A stretch of DNA of 64,000 nucleotides from Bacteroidales bacterium (GCA_047975005.1 JBKECW010000040.1:12496-76495), one strand, 5' to 3'. Numbered from the stretch's first letter, positions 18,463 to 26,971 are shown. Numbers and translations: made by a program. The notes: generated by a model from the letters alone, not told the origin.

Positions 18463-21400
18463 ATGAGAGTTTTTTATAGGATATTGAGATTGTGTATACT
18501 GGTGCTTGCGCCAACATTATCATCACTCTGTGCTAGTGCACAAAGCACTGGTGAGAGGTATACATTTGATACGGCTTTTTGTATTAGTGAATCCTTTCCG
18601 ATTAACCTTAATACTGTCACAGAAAAACAACTGCCACCGCAAGCGGGGGAATGGGTTGATGCTAAAGATGGTAGCGAGGTGTCGTTTGTATTCGACCCAC
18701 AGGGAAAAGCCGCAGGAAGATATGAATATCATTTCTTGCCATCCAAAACTGTTTGCGGATTGTATCCTGGCGATACAGTAGCAGTTATAATAGACTTGTT
18801 TCCCGATTCAGGGCTCAAGGATTTTGTTCTCTCTATTTGCGAGGAGTCTAATGTAGACTTGTGGTTAGCAATACATGCTCTTCCTATTGATACTAGCTAT
18901 ATTGAGTTTTACGACAATGATGGTAAACTTCTAACAGTCAATGAAGCATCTTCGGCTAACGTAGGTCGCGATGATGTTACTCAGTTTTACTATAAAGTAA
19001 ATCACCCTAATGCCTGCAATCAGGATTCCGGCTTTGTTTATTTCAACCTTGACGAAGTGCCATTTGACCTTGCAAATACCAACTCCGAGGAGGTTAGATT
19101 CTGTGCGAATAATACGCCGCATATGATTAACCTTAATGATGTAATCGGAGGTATTGCAGAAGAATGGCAATTGAAAGATTTTGCAAGTCAACCTTCTGAT
19201 CTGCAAAATTTGATAAATAGATTGTTGGATGTAAGGACAGGTGAATTTCATATTAAAGAAGCCAGTTTGTCTGGTTATACAGAGTTTAATTTTCAGGCTA
19301 TAAGCTCTTCTTCTTGCGGTGCAGGGGTGTCTAATGTTGTTAAGATTATTATAGACCCTGCTGACAATATAAATTTTGCTAATCTTGGTGGAGACACATT
19401 GAAATTGTGCAGTAGCGATATGTCTCAGGTATATAGTTTGAACAGATATTTGAACGTAGTACTTCCTGATAACAGTATAAAATGGACTACCGAAGACCTT
19501 GCCGCTAAGTCTTTCCTAGACACAACAGGGATTTTAGATGCAAGAAATTTGGTGCCTGGGTTCTATACTTTCACTGCGACGTATGTAGACAACACAGAGG
19601 AATGCGGACTAAGAACAGGACAAAGCACCAATATTTATATGTTGATACAGGATGAGTTGGAGTTTGGAACAACCAACCTACTTGCATCAATGTGCTATAA
19701 TAGTACAGAGAACTTGAATGATATGATGCCAACACAGTTGGGGATGAATATCAGTTTTGAGTTGCAAAATCCTAATGACAACAGTTCAATAATATTGAGT
19801 GAATCAGAGATTGAGGCTTTCTCTCCTGCAAATTACCCATCTGTTATTACAGATGCAACAGATACTACCTATCAAATACTTTACTCATTCACAGATGCTG
19901 TGTGCAAAAATACTGACTACAAGGATACTTTGTACCTAACAGTATTGACAGGTAATGAAAATGTAGAATTGTCGGACAAAGATTTGTACGCATGCTACTC
20001 TAGTGCCGGATTGATAAAACTTCAGCATATACTTGGGTATTATGGCAAAGGTACATGGGCAAGTGCAGAACCTCTTGACTATTTTGATGCAACAAATGGA
20101 GAGTTTTACGGAAAAACTCAATTTATAGCAGATAATGTTATAACCGAGAAGGCTTACAGCTTTACATTTACTCCTGATGCAGCAAGCTCTTGCTTGACAG
20201 TAAACAGTCCTGTAAATGTGATTGTTACCCTTACAAATGACCTTGAAGGCTCGGCACCCGATGAGAACTATGTAGTGACAGACACTATACAAAATGAAGA
20301 CAGACGTCCTATAAATCTTATGGATTATATAGAGCTAAGTTCTCTTGAAGGATATTGGACTCTCGATGACTTAAGCACGCCGACATCTATGGTACTCAAT
20401 CTTGAAGATTTTGAAAGATACCCAGAAGGCGAATACAACTTTGTATATACAGTGCCAGGCAATGGAGAACATTGTGTTAATGATACAATTTATTTCCGCG
20501 TGAATCTAGTTCTGTATGGTCTGCCTCTCAACGTACAAGACTCTTTGATGGCAATCACATGTAGCAGTGAGGATAATGGTGGTATATATGTCAATATAAT
20601 TGAAGGCTCAAAACCATACAACGTAGTGTTGACTCAGTTTGTTGATGGAACAACTAGTACAATATTCAACGGGACATTTGCTGCCGAAACTGACACAACA
20701 TTCACTCCTCTTGAAGGAATGTATGAACTTTGTATTGTCGATTTTGCAAATGATACATTTAGGAATACCTATAATATTGTAAGACCGGAGCCTATTATGG
20801 TTAATAAAATACAGGTACATAATGTGACTAGTGGTCAGAGAAATAATGGTGTGCTCGAGGTGAGAATATCCGGAGGTACAGATCCTTACTATGCTATAGT
20901 TATAGGTAGCTGTGATCCTGTGCTTAATACATGTAACGACTTTATAACAGACTCTGTGATATGGTCTGAAAAGGATGATTCGCACAAATACTTCTTGAGC
21001 TACGACTCTCTACCTGCCGGAGATTACAGAATCTTTGTGATGGATTCATCGAGATACTACTATTACGATAACGACGATTTAGTAACTGCTAACTTGACAA
21101 ATCTTGACGCCGGAGTTTGTTCGATAGACACATTCTTTACAATAGGAAACGACCCATTAATGCTGAATTGTCCTGATACATTATCAGTATATGGAAGTGA
21201 AAACTGTGAGTTTACTATCCCGAATATCAAAGCACTTGTAGGCTTAAGTGGAGGTGCCGAAGATTACGACTTAACGGTTGTTGTTCAAGACCCTGAAACA
21301 GGAGAGTATATTACAGGAGCAATTCTGCCTAGCGATGTAGAGAAGTATTATGAGGTGAATGTGTATGCTAGAGCACCTATTGCCGGTGGAGCTACTGATG

Positions 21401-21756
21401 CCAACGGACAGGTAATACTCGATACATTGGCTCAATGTCAGGTAGTACTTGATGTAACATGTAGAAAAGACCTAATCGTTGGACAGATTATTACTCCAAA
21501 CAACGATGGTAAGAACGATACATGGTTGATACAAGGATTGGAGAATTATCCAAATCACAAAATCAGAGTATATGGTAGATGGGGAGATTTAGTCTTCGAG
21601 ACCAGCTACTATAGAAATGACTGGGCTGCCGACTGTAGAACCGCAAACTGCATGGGTAATGGAAATCTTCCTGTAGGAACTTACTACTGGATAATAGATC
21701 TAGGTATTGAAGGCGACAATGAGGTGCTAAGCGGATTCATGGAAGTAGTCTACTAA
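18463..21756 (+). CDS. T9SS type-B cargo: paralogue E. Six Cys-bracketed modules, one extra module, SprB-type repeats and a gliding-motility-associated C-terminal domain
   Basis: Residues 1-599 are collinear with A-D. Residues 600-1001 contain SprB-like repeats (ITCSSEDNGGIYVNIIEGSKPY and NNGVLEVRISGGTDPYY). The last 96 aa or so match the type-B CTD pattern. Confidence 0.9.
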   Translation: MRVFYRILRLCILVLAPTLSSLCASAQSTGERYTFDTAFCISESFPINLNTVTEKQLPPQAGEWVDAKDGSEVSFVFDPQGKAAGRYEYHFLPSKTVCGLYPGDTVAVIIDLFPDSGLKDFVLSICEESNVDLWLAIHALPIDTSYIEFYDNDGKLLTVNEASSANVGRDDVTQFYYKVNHPNACNQDSGFVYFNLDEVPFDLANTNSEEVRFCANNTPHMINLNDVIGGIAEEWQLKDFASQPSDLQNLINRLLDVRTGEFHIKEASLSGYTEFNFQAISSSSCGAGVSNVVKIIIDPADNINFANLGGDTLKLCSSDMSQVYSLNRYLNVVLPDNSIKWTTEDLAAKSFLDTTGILDARNLVPGFYTFTATYVDNTEECGLRTGQSTNIYMLIQDELEFGTTNLLASMCYNSTENLNDMMPTQLGMNISFELQNPNDNSSIILSESEIEAFSPANYPSVITDATDTTYQILYSFTDAVCKNTDYKDTLYLTVLTGNENVELSDKDLYACYSSAGLIKLQHILGYYGKGTWASAEPLDYFDATNGEFYGKTQFIADNVITEKAYSFTFTPDAASSCLTVNSPVNVIVTLTNDLEGSAPDENYVVTDTIQNEDRRPINLMDYIELSSLEGYWTLDDLSTPTSMVLNLEDFERYPEGEYNFVYTVPGNGEHCVNDTIYFRVNLVLYGLPLNVQDSLMAITCSSEDNGGIYVNIIEGSKPYNVVLTQFVDGTTSTIFNGTFAAETDTTFTPLEGMYELCIVDFANDTFRNTYNIVRPEPIMVNKIQVHNVTSGQRNNGVLEVRISGGTDPYYAIVIGSCDPVLNTCNDFITDSVIWSEKDDSHKYFLSYDSLPAGDYRIFVMDSSRYYYYDNDDLVTANLTNLDAGVCSIDTFFTIGNDPLMLNCPDTLSVYGSENCEFTIPNIKALVGLSGGAEDYDLTVVVQDPETGEYITGAILPSDVEKYYEVNVYARAPIAGGATDANGQVILDTLAQCQVVLDVTCRKDLIVGQIITPNNDGKNDTWLIQGLENYPNHKIRVYGRWGDLVFETSYYRNDWAADCRTANCMGNGNLPVGTYYWIIDLGIEGDNEVLSGFMEVVY
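21466..21756 (+). other. T9SS type-B sorting domain (gliding motility-associated C-terminal domain, TIGR04131-like) of paralogue E
   Basis: KDLIVGQIITPNNDGKNDTWLIQGLENYPNHKIRVYGRWGDLVFE...LPVGTYYWIIDL...GFMEVVY. These are the hallmark ITPNGDGxND, hxhxNRWG and GTYYY-like elements. Confidence 0.85.
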
Positions 21757-21779
21757 CTTGATAGAAAATATAGAAGAAG

Positions 21780-22709
21780 ATGATATATTTAAAGAAATTG
21801 AGGTTTTGTATAATGTTAGGGGCGATGTCGCTCCTAACATACAACGGAGTTTTTGCACAGCAAAAAGTTCAGAACACTATGTATCTGTTTAATCCGCTTT
21901 CTTATAACCCCGCTTATGCAGGAACAAATGAAGAGTTGTCAGCATCGGCAGTATTTAGGAATCAGTGGACAAAGATTGACGGTGCCCCGGTAACAGGGTT
22001 TCTAACTGTTGAGTCTCCTGTTTGGAAGAACCTTTCGGTTGGTGTAAGTGCAGAATACGACCAACTTGGAGCAAGAACAAATGCGGGAGGTGCTCTAGAC
22101 CTTGCCGCAAAGATTAAGATAAACCAACAAGGGCAGTTTCTTTCTATGGGTATAAAATTGGGGATTAACAACGTGAATTTTGACCATACAAAGTTCAATA
22201 GTGTTATTAATGATGGCGACCCTAGTAACCTGTCATGGTCTAGAACCAACTTCAACTTCGATGTCGGCTTGTATTGGTATGGTGAAAGGTTTTATTTTGG
22301 TGCTTCGACCTTGTCTTTGCTAGAGAATCCACTAGTTGAAAATGGAGTTGAGGGACAGTACAAGAGTAAAATGCACTTTTACAACTTCGGAGCATATTAT
22401 TGGGAGTTTTCTAGGAATGTAGCATTTAAACCCTCGTATATGCTCAAATATGTTGAAAATGCACCAATCTCTGTCGATTTAAACGCTAGCTTTTTGTTGT
22501 ATAATTTAGCGTGGATAGGAGGAAATTATAGGTATGACAATACTGTTGGAGCGCATCTTATAATGAATATATCCCCTAACTTGGAATTAGGTTATGCATA
22601 CGAGTTCGCCATTGGCAAGGATAGCCAGAGCTTTGGTGGAACACACGAAGTTATGCTTAGATACAGATATAAGAGAGATATCAAGTTTAGAACGCCACGA
22701 CGTTTCTAA
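21780..22709 (+). CDS. PorP/SprF-family type IX secretion system membrane protein
   Basis: Signal peptide GVFA|QQ, then the family-typical N-terminus (FNPLSYNPAYAGT and FRNQWTKIDGAP). About 300 aa of beta-barrel-like sequence. Starts 23 nt after the type-B cargo gene. Confidence 0.88.
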   Translation: MIYLKKLRFCIMLGAMSLLTYNGVFAQQKVQNTMYLFNPLSYNPAYAGTNEELSASAVFRNQWTKIDGAPVTGFLTVESPVWKNLSVGVSAEYDQLGARTNAGGALDLAAKIKINQQGQFLSMGIKLGINNVNFDHTKFNSVINDGDPSNLSWSRTNFNFDVGLYWYGERFYFGASTLSLLENPLVENGVEGQYKSKMHFYNFGAYYWEFSRNVAFKPSYMLKYVENAPISVDLNASFLLYNLAWIGGNYRYDNTVGAHLIMNISPNLELGYAYEFAIGKDSQSFGGTHEVMLRYRYKRDIKFRTPRRF

Positions 22710-22854
22710 GAGCCTATACAGAGATATAATGGAGAGCGGAGTGTCAAAATATGGCACTATAAGTTTTCTTAAAATGAAAGTAATATAAACAAAGAATATA
22801 TTAGATATTGTCAGGTACCTTGAATATAAAGATGCTACATCTAAAAAAAAAAAT

Positions 22855-25098
22855 ATGAAACTTATTGCAAGAATATCCATCATACTGGTGTTTTCGGTAT
22901 TGACCGCTGGTTGCTTGAGTGCACAGAGTGCTTTGCAAGCCGATAGATATTGGAACGATTTGGCGTATGTTAAGTCTTCAGAGGCCTATGCTAAACTATT
23001 GAAAAAGGATCCTAAAAATCCACTTTATCTAAAACGAGCGGCTAACTCTTTCTATGAAACTGGTGACTTCAAGGTCTCGTCTAGGTTTTTTGCTTCTTTA
23101 GAAAGAGCCGGAGAACTTGAAGGAGACGATGTTTTTACTTACTTCCAAATTCTGTTAATGCTGAATAACGATGTAGAGGCGAAGCGGGTTTTAGACCAAA
23201 ATCTTGCAAATGCGTCAGACTCAGAGTTGTATCCGGTGTTGAATACATGGAAGCAGGATTTTCTTCAAAGGGAGAGCCTAAAAGATGGTGTCTATGATAT
23301 TGATTTCTTGGATGTTCCTATAAATTCAAAGCAGGCTGATTTTGCTCCTACATTTTATGGAGATGGTATTGTGTTTGCATCAAGTAGACCCAATCCGACG
23401 AAAAAAGCAAGTATTTTTGAAGGTGATGGGGCGTCATTCCTAGATTTGTACTTTGCCAAGCTGACTGACAACGGAGAGTTTACGAAAGTACTGCCTTTTG
23501 ATGCAGAAGTAAATACAGAGTACCATGATGGACCTGTTGTATTTTCTAGTGACGGTCAGACAATGTACATCTCTCGCAGTTTCTATAAAGCAGAGAGCAG
23601 CAAAAAAATTAAGGGCGATAAGAATGGTGTAGTAAACACCAAAATACAAGTAGTAAATAAAGATGAGAATGATAAGTGGACAAAAATAACTGAGTTCCCT
23701 TACAATGATCCCAGCAATATGGTAGCCCATGCCGCAATATCCGCAGACGGGCAAACAATGGTGTATGCATCCAATCAACAAGACGGCTATGGCCGAAGTG
23801 ATTTGTATGTTTGTACCGGAGACGAATACGGCTGGTCTGAGCCTGTAAACCTGGGAAGCTACATTAATACCGCTGGCGAAGAGCTGTTCCCTTCTATCAA
23901 TAGTGACGGAGATTTGTTCTTCTCATCAAATGGTCTTCTTGGACTAGGAGGTTTGGACGTTTTTATGGTACAAGGTTTTTTGAGTGGAGCGAGAGATGTT
24001 GTCAATATTGGAGCTCCGGTCAATTCGGCATATGATGATTTTGGTATGGTATATGACTTCAATAAAAAGATAGGCTTTTTTAGCTCGAATAGAGAAGGAG
24101 GACTAGGAAGTGATGATATATATCAATTTCGCTTTAAAGCTACAGCATTTAAAGTGTTGGCATACAATTGTGAATCTACGGCAGCCAATCCTGAACTTAT
24201 TTCGGGAGCGACCGTTAAGGTTGACGACTTGTCGGATGTATTTATTCTAGAAACGGCAACAGACAGCAAAGGGATTGGCGAGGTGAAATTAGCTACACAA
24301 GATATAAAAATTACACTCCAAGCAGATGGATATCTTGACACTTCTGTTGTTGTGCCCATGTCAGACTTTGAGAAGTATGTTGACAATCCGTTGAAGATTG
24401 CTATCTGTAAAGAGCCTGTATTACCACCACCTACTGATTTGGAGATTGCATATAGTAATTTGGATATACCATCAAATTTGAATATTAATTTTGATCTTGA
24501 TAGTTGGGATATTACAGACGAAGCTGCTTATAAGCTAGATCAGGTTTTTGATATAATGATGAATCCTAAGTACATAAAGACAAAGGCATCATTGGCGGCT
24601 CATACAGACTCTCGCGGACAAGACGAATACAACGAGTGGTTATCGTGGAAACGTGCATGGTCTACAATAAAATACCTTATGATAAAAGGTTTAAGTTTTG
24701 ACCGCCTATATGGAATCGGGTATGGGGAGAGACGCCTTATGAACCAATGCGCAAATGGTGTTAGATGTTCTGAGTCAAACCATAGGGAGAATCGTCGGGT
24801 TGAAATAACAAATATGAGTGAAGAAAACCCGGAAATAGCAATGCTTACATTGAGTATGAATCCATTTGATAAGCCTCAGACTTATTATACCGTAGAAGTT
24901 CTTGTCTATAGTAGGCTTGTCGGTTCGAAGTCTAAAGACAAGGATACGGCGGGATATGCTCATTATATCAAAAAAGGAAGTAAATATCATCATATGATAG
25001 GGTATTTTAAAACTCGTGAGGATGCTGCTAAGTTTATGGAGCAGATAGGGTTTAAATCCCCAAAAATACGCTTTGTACAAAACGGGACGATTCAGTAA
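22855..25098 (+). CDS. OmpA-family protein with TPR, PD40 (TolB-like) repeats, an OmpA C-terminal domain and a SPOR-like tail
   Basis: PD40-like repeats (DFAPTFYGDGIVFASSR, GPVVFSSDGQTMYISR, AAISADGQTMVYASN, FPSINSDGDLFFSSN). The OmpA_C core runs from NFDLDSWDI through HTDSRG to NRRVEI. The last 72 aa or so are SPOR-like (YTVEVLV...HHMIGYFKTREDAAKFMEQIGF...IRFV). Confidence 0.85.
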   Translation: MKLIARISIILVFSVLTAGCLSAQSALQADRYWNDLAYVKSSEAYAKLLKKDPKNPLYLKRAANSFYETGDFKVSSRFFASLERAGELEGDDVFTYFQILLMLNNDVEAKRVLDQNLANASDSELYPVLNTWKQDFLQRESLKDGVYDIDFLDVPINSKQADFAPTFYGDGIVFASSRPNPTKKASIFEGDGASFLDLYFAKLTDNGEFTKVLPFDAEVNTEYHDGPVVFSSDGQTMYISRSFYKAESSKKIKGDKNGVVNTKIQVVNKDENDKWTKITEFPYNDPSNMVAHAAISADGQTMVYASNQQDGYGRSDLYVCTGDEYGWSEPVNLGSYINTAGEELFPSINSDGDLFFSSNGLLGLGGLDVFMVQGFLSGARDVVNIGAPVNSAYDDFGMVYDFNKKIGFFSSNREGGLGSDDIYQFRFKATAFKVLAYNCESTAANPELISGATVKVDDLSDVFILETATDSKGIGEVKLATQDIKITLQADGYLDTSVVVPMSDFEKYVDNPLKIAICKEPVLPPPTDLEIAYSNLDIPSNLNINFDLDSWDITDEAAYKLDQVFDIMMNPKYIKTKASLAAHTDSRGQDEYNEWLSWKRAWSTIKYLMIKGLSFDRLYGIGYGERRLMNQCANGVRCSESNHRENRRVEITNMSEENPEIAMLTLSMNPFDKPQTYYTVEVLVYSRLVGSKSKDKDTAGYAHYIKKGSKYHHMIGYFKTREDAAKFMEQIGFKSPKIRFVQNGTIQ

Positions 25099-25121
25099 GT
25101 AAATAAATAAATTTCTATTAG

Positions 25122-25155
25122 AAGTGAGGCATTATTTATGCCTCACTTTTTTTTT
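25122..25155 (+). terminator. Rho-independent terminator closing the T9SS cargo/PorP/OmpA block
   Basis: 11-bp stem aagtgaggcat / atgcctcactt, a 5-nt loop, then a T-run. Confidence 0.8.
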
Positions 25156-25183
25156 GAAATTTATTATTTTTGAACTACCTTTG
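25153..25183 (+). promoter_or_regulatory. Candidate promoter of the phosphohexomutase gene (-33 TTTG, 19-nt spacer, -7 TAccTTTG)
   Basis: TTTG at 25153-25156 and TACCTTTG at 25176-25183. The ATG is at 25204. Confidence 0.55.
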
Positions 25184-25203
25184 ATTAGATAAAAGATAAT
25201 AAA

Positions 25204-26943
25204 ATGAATGAGTTATTAGCAAAGGTATTAAAAAAGGCTGAAAGATGGCAGTCTGATGTGTACGACAATGAGACGCGAGAAAAAGTGCGCGAGCTTATAA
25301 ATTCAGAAGATAAATCAGCCCTGATAGATGCTTTTTATAAGGATTTGGCATTTGGAACAGGAGGCTTGAGAGGCATAATGGGCGTAGGGTCTAATAGGAT
25401 GAATATTTATACCGTTGGGGCAGCAACGCAAGGATTATGCAATTACCTGAAAAAGTCGTTTAATAGCGGTATAAAGGTGGGAATTGCCTATGACTGTCGT
25501 AATAATAGTGCTCTCTTTGCACGAAAATGTGCAGAAATATTTAGTGCGAATGGTATCGAATCTTTTTTATTTGACTCGCTACGTCCCACCCCGGAACTTT
25601 CTTTCTTGATCAGAGAATATGGCTGCCAAAGTGGTATTGTTATTACAGCTTCACACAATCCCAAGGAGTATAATGGATATAAAGTCTATTGGCAAGATGG
25701 TGCACAAGTGGTTGCTCCTCACGATAAGAATATTATCGAAGAGGTAGGTAAGGTGAGTCCCGAAAATATCAATTTTAACTTTGACGAAGCTCTTATAAAG
25801 ACAGTAGGCGAAGATGTGGACGCAAAGTTTATAGCAAGCTCGAAACGGGTCTCAATAAATCCGGATATTATAGCCAAGCACAAAGACCTGAAGATAGTAT
25901 ATACACCAATACATGGAACGGGTGTGACTATGGTGCCAAGAGCACTGAAAGCCTACGGATTTGAGAATATTTATAGTGTTGATGCGCAAAATGTTGTTAG
26001 TGGAGACTTTCCAACTGTCGAATCTCCAAATCCCGAAGAGGTCTCGGCGATGCAGATGGCTATTGATAGAGGACGAGAGGTTGATGCCGATGTCGTTATG
26101 GCATCCGACCCCGATGCAGACCGGATAGGAGTAGCATGCAAAAACGATAAGGGCGATTTTGTAATTCTCAATGGTAATCAGACGGTACTATTATTTCTTT
26201 ACTATATAATGCAACAGTATAGAGAACGAGGTTTGTTGAAAGGCAATGAGTTTGTTGTTAAGACTATCGTTACTACGGAACTTGTAGTCGAGCTGGCGAA
26301 GAAGTTTGGTGTACAATTGTTTGATGTATACACCGGCTTTAAATATATAGCCAAGGTTATACTGAAGAACGAAGGAAGACTTAAGTATATTGGAGGAGGC
26401 GAGGAGAGCTTTGGCTTTATGCCATCAGACTTTGTAAGAGACAAAGATGCCGTAACAGCTTGTGCATTGATGGCAGAGATTACGGCATGGGCAAAATCGC
26501 AAGGTAAGAGTCTTTTTGATGTCCTTAGAAATATCTATGTTGAAAATTCATTCTCGTATGAGCACATGAAATATATTGTTCGCAAAGGACAGCAAGGCGA
26601 AGAGGAGATAAAGGAGATTATGAATAAACTGCGCAATAACCCACCTTCGGAAATATGTGGCGATAAGGTTAGCGTCTTTAAAGACTTCCAAAAACTCGAA
26701 GGACGTAATTGCCTGTCCGGTGAAACATACAAACTGGACGATTTTGATGAGATATCTAATGTATTACAATTTTATACAACAGGCAATACAAAAATAACCG
26801 TAAGACCCTCAGGGACAGAGCCAAAAATAAAATTCTATTTTGAAGTCGCTGGAGCACCCTTATCTAATATCGACGAATATAACAAAAGGGTAGAGCAAGC
26901 AGAAATAAAGATAGATGCAATTATGAAAGAGCTGGGATTGTAA
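25204..26943 (+). CDS. pgm: Phosphoglucomutase/phosphomannomutase-family phospho-sugar mutase
   Basis: Active-site phosphoserine loop TASHNPKEYNGYKVY, a metal loop (DPDADR) and a sugar-binding loop GGGEESFG. 579 aa. Confidence 0.9.
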   Translation: MNELLAKVLKKAERWQSDVYDNETREKVRELINSEDKSALIDAFYKDLAFGTGGLRGIMGVGSNRMNIYTVGAATQGLCNYLKKSFNSGIKVGIAYDCRNNSALFARKCAEIFSANGIESFLFDSLRPTPELSFLIREYGCQSGIVITASHNPKEYNGYKVYWQDGAQVVAPHDKNIIEEVGKVSPENINFNFDEALIKTVGEDVDAKFIASSKRVSINPDIIAKHKDLKIVYTPIHGTGVTMVPRALKAYGFENIYSVDAQNVVSGDFPTVESPNPEEVSAMQMAIDRGREVDADVVMASDPDADRIGVACKNDKGDFVILNGNQTVLLFLYYIMQQYRERGLLKGNEFVVKTIVTTELVVELAKKFGVQLFDVYTGFKYIAKVILKNEGRLKYIGGGEESFGFMPSDFVRDKDAVTACALMAEITAWAKSQGKSLFDVLRNIYVENSFSYEHMKYIVRKGQQGEEEIKEIMNKLRNNPPSEICGDKVSVFKDFQKLEGRNCLSGETYKLDDFDEISNVLQFYTTGNTKITVRPSGTEPKIKFYFEVAGAPLSNIDEYNKRVEQAEIKIDAIMKELGL

Positions 26944-26971
26944 GCCTTACGATGCTTACAAAAAATAAAAA

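Noticed and set aside
10323-20259. The idea that the CTD-less paralogues are silent donor cassettes for recent gene conversion or antigenic variation of the expressed CTD-bearing gene.
   Set aside because: Each paralogue has its own start codon, signal peptide and intact frame. By eye, nucleotide identity is low even in the best-conserved stretches (for example ggtacctacgagtttatatacgt versus ggtacttatgagtttatttatgt). I see no long identical tracts or flanking recombination repeats. A formal dot plot should confirm this.
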